Positions 1 to 10,776 of a DNA stretch of 64,000 nucleotides are shown here, one piece after another. Position 1 is the first letter of the stretch, and every line of letters begins with the position of its first letter. The notes beneath the pieces are model-generated. The model did not search any database and was not told the origin of the DNA. It saw nothing but the letters and a program-made list of their open reading frames with translations. Location: contig DASUFD010000124.1 of the NCBI GenBank assembly GCA_036274735.1, positions 25,880 to 89,879 on the forward strand, read 5' to 3'. The position numbers were made by a program, and so were the translations under genes. The stretch is from Burkholderiales bacterium. GTDB lineage: Bacteria; Pseudomonadota; Gammaproteobacteria; Burkholderiales; SG8-39.

Positions 1-860
1 GCGCGCTCTACGAGAAGATGCTCAAGCTCGGCGGGCAGCGCTTCACCGTCAAGCCTTCGGCGCTCCCCGAAATGGAGCAGCTCTTCGAGGAGCTGCCGAA
101 TTTCACGGCCGTGCTCGAGGACATCCGCAAGCACCTCGCGCTGTGCGTCGACTCGAACGACTCGATCGAGCTGCCGCCGATGCTGCTGCTCGGCGAGCCG
201 GGCATCGGCAAGACGCACTTCGCGCGCAAGCTCTCGCGGCTCCTCGGAACGGGCTTCGGATTCGTCCCCATGAGCTCGTTGACCGCCGGCTGGGTGCTCT
301 CGGGCGCCTCCTCGCAGTGGAAGAACGCCAAGCCGGGCAAGGTGTTCGACACCTTCCTCAACGGCGAGTACGCCAACCCGGTCATCGTCGTCGACGAGCT
401 CGACAAGGCGAGCTGCGAGGGCCAGTACGACCCCCTCGGCGCGCTCTACGAGCTCCTCGAGAGCGAGACGGCGACCCGCTTCGTCGACGAGTTCGTCGAG
501 CTGCCGATCGACGCTTCGGGCGCGGTGTGGCTCGCCACGGCGAACGACGCGGCACGCATCCCCGAGCCGCTGCTCTCGCGCCTTGCCGTCTACGAGATCG
601 ACGCGCCCGATGAGGCCGGAGCGAGGCGCATCGCCGCGAACATCTATCGCGAGGTGCGGAACGCCCACGATTGGGGTCGGCACTTCCCGGAAAGGCCCTC
701 GGAGGCGACGCTCGAGCGGCTCGCCGAGCTCGCGCCGCGCGAGATGAAGCGCGCCATCCAGTCGGCCTTCGGCACCGCCAAGCTCGCGGGGCGCAGCGAG
801 ATGTCGCCCGACGACGTGCAGGATAACCGCGGCGCGCGCCGCTCGAGGATCGGCTTCTAG
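1..860 (+). CDS. Lon-like AAA+ ATPase without protease domain (5' partial)
   Basis: Walker A GEPGIGKT, Walker B VIVVDELDK, Lon-type segment FVDEFVELPID..ATAN..IPEPLLSR. The frame is open back to the window edge and the protein ends in RIGF. Confidence 0.75.
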   Translation, partial: ALYEKMLKLGGQRFTVKPSALPEMEQLFEELPNFTAVLEDIRKHLALCVDSNDSIELPPMLLLGEPGIGKTHFARKLSRLLGTGFGFVPMSSLTAGWVLSGASSQWKNAKPGKVFDTFLNGEYANPVIVVDELDKASCEGQYDPLGALYELLESETATRFVDEFVELPIDASGAVWLATANDAARIPEPLLSRLAVYEIDAPDEAGARRIAANIYREVRNAHDWGRHFPERPSEATLERLAELAPREMKRAIQSAFGTAKLAGRSEMSPDDVQDNRGARRSRIGF

Positions 861-873
861 CAGCAGTCGGGTT

Positions 874-3498
<2,625 letters not shown>

Positions 3499-3510
3499 CT
3501 ACTGCACGGC

Positions 3511-3543
3511 AACAAAACCCCGGGGCGCCGCGGACGCCCCGGG
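3511..3543 (-). terminator. intrinsic terminator between the small hypothetical gene and alaS
   Basis: 9-bp stem CCCGGGGCG/CGCCCCGGG with 7-nt loop, followed by GTTTTGTT on the minus strand. Confidence 0.7.
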
Positions 3544-3554
3544 AGAACACTTCG

Positions 3555-3893
3555 CTAGGCGTTGATGCGCCCGTACTTCAAGAGCCGCGCCCTGACCGCC
3601 GTCATGGTGCGCTCATGCGCCGCCGCGAGCTCCTGTAGCGCGCGACCCGAATCGAACCCCGCGAGCAGCTTGCGGTCCTCGTCCTCGGTCCACGGCTCGC
3701 CGGTCTTCGCCGGCAGCTGCGACTTGCGCCGCTGGAAGCGCTCGAAGCGCTCGAGCGCGGCCGCCGCCTCGTAGAGCGCCCGCACCACCTGCGGCCGCTG
3801 ATACGCGCTCTGCGGCGGAAACACTTCGCCCGACTCCGGGTCGACGCCGTTCGCCAGCGAGCGAACCACCGCCAATGCCTGTGCCTGATCCAT
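3555..3893 (-). CDS. 112-aa hypothetical protein with C-terminal Myb/SANT-like helix-turn-helix
   Basis: ATG at 3893 with strong SD GGAGGTGA. LANGVDPESGE N-terminal motif and GEPWTEDEDRKLL...AVRARL C-terminal motif. Confidence 0.8.
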   Translation of the reverse strand: MDQAQALAVVRSLANGVDPESGEVFPPQSAYQRPQVVRALYEAAAALERFERFQRRKSQLPAKTGEPWTEDEDRKLLAGFDSGRALQELAAAHERTMTAVRARLLKYGRINA

Positions 3894-3933
3894 GCCCTCA
3901 CCTCCTCTCCCAGGCGAACGCCTGTATCTACTC

Positions 3934-3949
3934 CTGAACGCATGTACAG
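3934..3949. promoter_or_regulatory. candidate LexA (SOS) box
   Basis: CTG-N10-CAG; reads TACTGTACATGCGTTCAG on the minus strand; lies between two divergent genes inside the recA-recX-alaS locus. Confidence 0.6.
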
Positions 3950-3958
3950 TAGTGGCGG

Positions 3959-4864
3959 ATGACACGGCTGCTCGCCTTTTTCTCGTTGGCGGTCCTTGCG
4001 CCGGGTCACGCGCTCGCACAGGCGGTGAGCGATGCGGACCTGCAGAAGCGCGCCAATGCGGTGCTGACGCTTATGGGCTTCGCGCTCACACCCGACGTCA
4101 CCACCGGCTCGCTCTCGATCAGCGACCAGAGCGCCGGGAATCCGTATTTCCGTCAGACGTCGCTGAGCGGCGGAGGCACGCTGAGAGGCAGGCGCCTTTA
4201 CCTCGAGGGCACGCTGGCGTATGGACGCTACGACCCGACGTTCGCGAGCGACGCCGCGCCGATTCCCGTGAAGTGGGACAGCTTGCTCGCGACCGGCGGG
4301 GTCGGGTGGAATTTTCCGCTCGCGCCCGAGCTCGCGATCCGGCCGATCTTCAACCTCTCCCTCGGCCGGGTGGAAAGCGAGGCGAGCGTACCACCAGCCT
4401 CGGCCGCAACCCGCTCGACGATCGACTTCCTCAGTCATGGCGAGCTGAACGCCGGCGGGATCGGCGGCTCACTGATGCTCGACTACGCGCGCTACCGGCC
4501 CGAGAACGAGATCGACGCCGAGGTCCGCTACAGCAGCATCCACCTGCAGAGCTTCCAGAGCTCGAGCGCGGTGCAAGGCCACGCGCTCGCGCAGACGTTC
4601 TCCTTCTGGTCTCGCTATCGCGCGCCGACCGGCCACGTCGTCCTCGAGCGCCCGCTGCGCTACGTACTAGAGTACGCGCACAGCCGGTTCCTCGGCGATC
4701 TCGAAGGCGCGCTCGGCTTCGAGTACGTGAACTCGCTCGGTGCGGGCCTCGAGCTCGACACGAGCGCGCGCGACGCCTACGCCACGCGCCTGAGGCTGCT
4801 CGTGCGCTACAAGGTCGGCAACGACGTTACCGGCTGGGCCGTCGGGCTCGCCGCGAGCTTCTAG
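3959..4864 (+). CDS. outer-membrane beta-barrel protein, solitary autotransporter-barrel-like
   Basis: Sec signal peptide (..HALA-Q), amphipathic beta strands, C-terminal Phe (VGLAASF), no passenger domain. Confidence 0.65.
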   Translation: MTRLLAFFSLAVLAPGHALAQAVSDADLQKRANAVLTLMGFALTPDVTTGSLSISDQSAGNPYFRQTSLSGGGTLRGRRLYLEGTLAYGRYDPTFASDAAPIPVKWDSLLATGGVGWNFPLAPELAIRPIFNLSLGRVESEASVPPASAATRSTIDFLSHGELNAGGIGGSLMLDYARYRPENEIDAEVRYSSIHLQSFQSSSAVQGHALAQTFSFWSRYRAPTGHVVLERPLRYVLEYAHSRFLGDLEGALGFEYVNSLGAGLELDTSARDAYATRLRLLVRYKVGNDVTGWAVGLAASF

Positions 4865-5299
4865 TCCTCGGCGCGCAGCAGCAGCCGTTGCACGACGTCT
4901 AGCGAGAACCCGCGGCTCTGCAGGAAACGCGCGCGCCGCGCCTTCTCCTCGCGCGTGAGCGCCGGTGCTCGATACTTGCGCGCGAGAATCGCCCTCGCCT
5001 TCTCGAGATCGCCCTCGGCCGAGACGCGCTCGGCCACCGCGTCCGCGACGCCGTGCGCCTTCAGGTCCTGCCGGATGCGCGCCGCGCCGTATTTGCGCGA
5101 GAGCCAGTGCGTGCGCGCTTCGGCGTAGCGCTCGTCCGAGAGCTGCCGTTTCTCGAGGAGCTCCTCGAGAACAGCCTGCAGCATCTGCACAGATTCGGCG
5201 TGCGGCGCGAGCTTGCGGGCGAGCTCGGCGCGCGAGTGCTCGCGCCGCACGAGGTACCGGAGCGCCCGCGCCTTCAGCTCGACGCGGGTGTCGGGCCCT

Positions 5300-5313
<14 letters not shown>
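4861..5313 (-). CDS. recX: recombination regulator RecX
   Basis: [31 protein letters not shown]; directly downstream of recA. Confidence 0.95.
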
Positions 5314-6376
<1,063 letters not shown>

Positions 6377-6437
6377 TTGCTGTACCTCTTGTTCTGGTCG
6401 GCATCTACGGCAGGTCGGTTCCTGGGCCAACACCGGA

Positions 6438-6485
6438 TACTGTATAAACGTCCATGATTGTGGTTCGGTTGACCGCCGCTGTCAA
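6438..6485 (-). promoter_or_regulatory. sigma70 promoter of recA with downstream degenerate LexA box
   Basis: TTGACA (6485-6480), 17-nt spacer, CACAAT (6462-6457). Box TACTGTATAAACGTCCAT at 6438-6455 is CTG-N10-CAT, with a mismatch in one half-site. Confidence 0.7.
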
Positions 6486-6516
6486 ACCCTAGAGAAAACC
6501 CTTAGGAGACAAAACG

Positions 6517-7392
6517 ATGGCGAAAGTTGCATTCCTCGGTCTCGGCGTCATGGGCTATCCCATGGCGGGACACCTCCTGAAGAAGGGCGGCCACGACGTC
6601 ACCGTCTACAACCGCACCGCCGCCAAGGCGCAGCAATGGACGAAGGAGTACGGCGGAAAGCACGCGCCGACGCCGCGCGAAGCGGCGAAGGACTGCGACT
6701 TCGTCATGATGTGCGTCGGCAACGACGACGACGTGCGCTCGGTCGTCTATGGCGAGAACGGTGCGCTCGCGGGCATGAAGAGCGGCGCGATCCTCGTCGA
6801 CCACACCACGGCCTCGGCGATCGTTGCCAGGGAGGTTTTCCAGAAAGCAAAAGACAAGGGCATCGGCTTCGTCGACGCCCCGGTCTCGGGCGGCCAGGCG
6901 GGCGCGGTCAACGGCCAGCTCGGCATCATGTGCGGCGGCGAGGAAGCGGTGTTCGCCAAGGCGAAGCCGGTGATCGACGTGTACGCCAAGATGGCGGCGC
7001 TGATCGGCGGCCCGGGCGCTGGGCAGCTGACGAAGATGGTGAACCAGATCTGCATTGCCGGCCTGCTGCAGGGGCTCTCCGAAGGACTGGCTTTCGCCAA
7101 GAAAAGCAACTTGGACCTGGAAAAGGTGGTCTCGGTGATCTCCAAGGGCGCCGCGCAGTCCTGGCAGATGGAGAACCGCTGGAAGCAGATGAACGAGGTG
7201 AAGTTCGACGGCTTCGGCTTCGCGGTGGACTGGATGCGCAAGGACCTCGCCATCTGCCTAGAGGAGGCGCGCAAAAACGGCGCGCGCCTGCCGGTGACCG
7301 CGCTCGTCGACCAGTTCTACGGGCATGTCCAGGCGCGCGGCGGCCGGCGCTGGGACACCGCGAGCCTCATGCACCTCGTCATGAAGGATTAG
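6517..7392 (+). CDS. NAD(P)-dependent beta-hydroxyacid dehydrogenase (3-hydroxyisobutyrate/tartronate semialdehyde reductase family)
   Basis: FLGLGVMG Rossmann motif, DAPVSGG, catalytic KMVNQ, KDL motif. Confidence 0.9.
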   Translation: MAKVAFLGLGVMGYPMAGHLLKKGGHDVTVYNRTAAKAQQWTKEYGGKHAPTPREAAKDCDFVMMCVGNDDDVRSVVYGENGALAGMKSGAILVDHTTASAIVAREVFQKAKDKGIGFVDAPVSGGQAGAVNGQLGIMCGGEEAVFAKAKPVIDVYAKMAALIGGPGAGQLTKMVNQICIAGLLQGLSEGLAFAKKSNLDLEKVVSVISKGAAQSWQMENRWKQMNEVKFDGFGFAVDWMRKDLAICLEEARKNGARLPVTALVDQFYGHVQARGGRRWDTASLMHLVMKD

Positions 7393-10102
7393 CGAGCAGC
7401 GGCGCGGCGCTCAACGGCAGCGCCACGCGGAAGCAGGCGCCCGGCGCCGCGCCCCGCTCGACGAGCTCGAGCGAGCCGCCCAGGCCACGCATGATCTGCC
7501 AGCTGATGGCGAGCCCGAGCCCGGCCCCGCCGCTGCCGCTTTTCGCCTGCGCGCGGCCGCGCACGAACTTGGAGAAGATCCGCTCCCGCTCCTCGGCGGG
7601 AATGCCCGGGCCGTTGTCGGCGATCGTCACCTCGTAGCGCCCCTCGCGCACCGCGCTCGCGATGGTGACGGCGGGCGCCGGGCTGGTGTTGTACTTCACG
7701 GCGTTCGAGATGAGGTTGATGAACACCTGGCAGAGGCGGTCCTCGTTCGCCGCGACGGTCACGCCGCTCGCCCGCTCGGTACTGAGCAGCGCGACCCGCG
7801 TGCCGGCGAAGCCGCGGCACAGGCGCAGAGAGGCATCGAGCGCCGCCTCGGGATCGATGGTCTCGCGCGGCCACGGCGCTTCGCCGCGCTCGAGCAGGCT
7901 CAGGTCGAGCGTGCTGTCGAGGAGCCGCGTCAGGCGCACGCTCTCGTCGTGGATGATGCGCACGTAGCGCTGCGCGGTCCGCGGGTCGAGGTCGCGCGTC
8001 TCCATGAGAATCTGCGAGAAGGAGCGAATCGAGGTCATCGGCGTGCGCACCTCGTGGCTCACCTGGCTCAGGAAGTCGTCCTTTTCCTGGTCGAGGCGGC
8101 GCAAGCGCTCGTTGGCGTCGCGCAGCTGGCGCGCCGCGGCCTCGAGCTCGCTCGACTTCTCCTCGAGCTGGCGGCTGTGCTCGCGCATGCGCAGCGTGTC
8201 GTCGGCGATGCGCCGCAGCTCGTCGAGGCTGATGGTCTCGACCGTCACCGCCTCCGAGATCATGGTGCGCGCGGTGGCCGCCCCGACGCTGCCGGCGAGG
8301 CGCCGCTCGAGCTGGGTGATGAACGCGTCGTCGGCGATCGGCGGACCGTGCTCGAGGCCCTGCTCGTGCGCGGCGCGCTCGAAGAGCGCGCGCGCGGCGT
8401 CGGCGCCGAGGACGCGCTGCGCGAGCGCAAACAGGTGCTCGGGCGAGGCGCGGCGGCGGATCAGCCCCGCGCTCGCCTCGTCGGGGGTGCGGAACACGTC
8501 GACGAAGAGCGCGCTCTGCAGCCGCTCGATCGGCCGCGGCTCGCGCAGGAGCGAGATGCCGGCGAAGAGCAGGCAATTCGCCGAGAGGCTCCAGAAGAGC
8601 GAGTGCACGAGCGGATCGAGCCCGGCGAGCCCGAACAACGCGTGCGGACGCAGGAACGCGAGGCCGAGCGGCCCCTCGTGCAGCACGCTTGCCGAGAGCG
8701 CGACGTCCGGGCCGAGGCTCGGCAGGAAGAGGGTGTACGCCCAGAGCGCGGCGCCGGCTGCCAGCCCGGCGATCGCGCCGCCCGCGTTCGCGTTGCGCCA
8801 GAAGAGCCCGCCGACCAGGCTCGGCACGAACTGCGCCACGCCGGCGAAGGAGATGAGCCCGATCGCGGCGAGCGCATCGCCCGGGCCGCTCAGACGATAG
8901 TAGAGGAAGCCCAGCAGCAGCAGCACGGCAATGCTCACGCGCCGCGTGACGAGCAGGAAGCGGCGCATCTCCCCTGCGGCGTCGAGCGGCAGCCAGTTAA
9001 AGCGCAGGGCGAGCGGCACGACCAGGTGGTTCGAAACCATGGTGGAGAGCGCGATGCAGGCGACGATCACCATCGAGGTGGCCGAGGAGAAGCCACCGAG
9101 GAAGGCGAGCAGGGCGACGGCGTCCTGGCCCGCCCACATCGGCAGCGTCAGCACGAACATGTCCGGGTTCGAGCCCCTCGGGAGGAAGCTCAGGCCGGTG
9201 ATGGCGATCGGCAGCACGAACAGCGTGATCAGCAGCAAATAAAGCGGGAAGAGCCACGACGCGGTGCGCAGGTGGCGCTCGTCGGCGTTCTCGACCACGG
9301 TGACCTGGAACTGCCGCGGCAGGCAGAGCACCGCGACGCCGGACAGGAAGATGAGCGCCACCCAGCGCGCGCCGAACACGTCGGGCGAATGCAGCAACGC
9401 CGGTGCCCCCCGCGAGAAGCTGTCGGCCACGCCGTCGCAGATGCCGAAGACGACGAGCACGCCGACGGCGAGCAGCGCGACCAGCTTGACGACCGCCTCG
9501 ACGGCGATCGCAGCGACGACGCCGTGGTGGCGCTCCTTGGCATCGACGTTGCGCGTACCGAAGATGATGGTGAAGATCGCCATCCCGGCGGCGATCCAGA
9601 AGGCGGTATGGAAGTCGGCGCTAGCCGGCAGGCCGAGCGCGTTTTCCGGGCCCGCGGTGCTGATCACCTGGAAGCTCGTCGTCACCGCGCGCAGCTGCAG
9701 CGCGACGTACGGCGTCACGCCGATCACCGCGATCACCGTCACCAGCGCGGCGAGCGGCACGCTCTTGCCGTAGCGCGAGGAGATCATGTCGGCGATGGAA
9801 GTGATCCCCTGCGCGTGGCCGATGCGCACGAGCTTGCGCAACAGCACCCACCAGCCGGCGAACACCAGCGTGGGGCCGATGTAGATGGTCGCGAACTCCA
9901 GGCCGCCGCGCGCCGCGGAGCCAACCGCTCCGTAGAACGTCCAGGAGGTGCAGTAGATCGAGATCGAGAGGGTGTAAACGAGCGGCGAGCGGAGCCAGCC
10001 GAGACGGCCGGCGCGCGCGCGCCGATCGCCTGCGAACGCCACCGCGAAGAGCAGCGCCACGTAGGCGAGCGCGATCGGCAGGACCAGCTCGGCGGAGAGC
10101 AT
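7379..10102 (-). CDS. sodium:solute symporter (SLC5)-fused sensor histidine kinase (CrbS/CbrA-like)
   Basis: Start MLSAEL at 10102 (TAATG overlap). Polytopic N-terminus with YCTSWTFYG and LPRQFQV; STAC-like ERRLAGSVGAATAR; H-box SHEVRTP; N-box NLISNAVKY; G boxes DNGPG and GAGLGL. Confidence 0.92.
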   Translation of the reverse strand: MLSAELVLPIALAYVALLFAVAFAGDRRARAGRLGWLRSPLVYTLSISIYCTSWTFYGAVGSAARGGLEFATIYIGPTLVFAGWWVLLRKLVRIGHAQGITSIADMISSRYGKSVPLAALVTVIAVIGVTPYVALQLRAVTTSFQVISTAGPENALGLPASADFHTAFWIAAGMAIFTIIFGTRNVDAKERHHGVVAAIAVEAVVKLVALLAVGVLVVFGICDGVADSFSRGAPALLHSPDVFGARWVALIFLSGVAVLCLPRQFQVTVVENADERHLRTASWLFPLYLLLITLFVLPIAITGLSFLPRGSNPDMFVLTLPMWAGQDAVALLAFLGGFSSATSMVIVACIALSTMVSNHLVVPLALRFNWLPLDAAGEMRRFLLVTRRVSIAVLLLLGFLYYRLSGPGDALAAIGLISFAGVAQFVPSLVGGLFWRNANAGGAIAGLAAGAALWAYTLFLPSLGPDVALSASVLHEGPLGLAFLRPHALFGLAGLDPLVHSLFWSLSANCLLFAGISLLREPRPIERLQSALFVDVFRTPDEASAGLIRRRASPEHLFALAQRVLGADAARALFERAAHEQGLEHGPPIADDAFITQLERRLAGSVGAATARTMISEAVTVETISLDELRRIADDTLRMREHSRQLEEKSSELEAAARQLRDANERLRRLDQEKDDFLSQVSHEVRTPMTSIRSFSQILMETRDLDPRTAQRYVRIIHDESVRLTRLLDSTLDLSLLERGEAPWPRETIDPEAALDASLRLCRGFAGTRVALLSTERASGVTVAANEDRLCQVFINLISNAVKYNTSPAPAVTIASAVREGRYEVTIADNGPGIPAEERERIFSKFVRGRAQAKSGSGGAGLGLAISWQIMRGLGGSLELVERGAAPGACFRVALPLSAAPLLANPS

Positions 10103-10362
10103 TACGGCTCGCTCTGGCCGTCGCCCGGCGGCGCCGGCACCGCGAGCGCCCGCCCGAGGAGCGCCGCCGCGACGACCAGGCCGAGCCACACGGCGAAGAA
10201 GTAAAGCACGAGCAGCGGGACGCCGGCGACGTCGACCGGGACGGCGAAGAGCGTGATCAGCGGCGGCAGCACGAGGAAGAGGCCCGCGAGCGGCAGGAGG
10301 CGTGCCGCCTCGCGCACGCGCTGCAACCGTTCCGAGGGGTTGGTCAGCGGCTCGCTCGCCAC
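10102..10362 (-). CDS. small two-TM membrane protein coupled to the symporter-kinase
   Basis: 86 aa with two hydrophobic helices; its stop overlaps the kinase ATG. Confidence 0.75.
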   Translation of the reverse strand: MASEPLTNPSERLQRVREAARLLPLAGLFLVLPPLITLFAVPVDVAGVPLLVLYFFAVWLGLVVAAALLGRALAVPAPPGDGQSEP

Positions 10363-10366
10363 GGCG

Positions 10367-10735
10367 TCACCTCCCGACGAGGCGGCGCACCGCGCTGAGG
10401 ACGTCGGTGTTGGAGAACGGCTTGGTCATGAAGGCGGCGGCGCCGAGGCTCTCGGCCATGCGCCGGTCCTGCGGCTGGCCTTTCGCCGTCAGCACCATGA
10501 CCGGCAGCGTGCGCAGCGCCGGGTCGGCTTTCAAAAGCTTGAGCAGCTCGAAGCCGTTCCTCTTCGGCAGCATGACGTCGAGGACCAGGACGTCCGGCGG
10601 CGCGCTGCGCAGCCGGCGCAGCGCCTCCTCGCCGTCGAGCGCCGTCTGAACCTGGAAGCCGTCGCGGCTCAGCACGAAGCTCAGCGACTCGACGATGTTC
10701 GGATCGTCCTCGGCAATCAGCACGCGGATAGCCAC
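10367..10735 (-). CDS. single-domain response regulator (receiver only)
   Basis: GTG at 10735 after GGAGG. VLIAEDD, VLVLDVMLP (phospho-Asp), VLTAK, TKPF; about 122 aa with no output domain. Confidence 0.92.
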   Translation of the reverse strand: MAIRVLIAEDDPNIVESLSFVLSRDGFQVQTALDGEEALRRLRSAPPDVLVLDVMLPKRNGFELLKLLKADPALRTLPVMVLTAKGQPQDRRMAESLGAAAFMTKPFSNTDVLSAVRRLVGR

Positions 10736-10776
10736 GTCCCCGCCTCCTGCCACGAGTGTAGCGGCTTCGGCCGGCC

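Noticed and set aside
7949..10204. Long antisense or alternate-frame ORFs (also 1789-3558, 14734-16596, 37106-38668, 42653-44662, 62224-63780)
   Set aside because: They shadow well-supported genes and lack family motifs; such ORFs are expected from high GC3 and the scarcity of off-frame stops.
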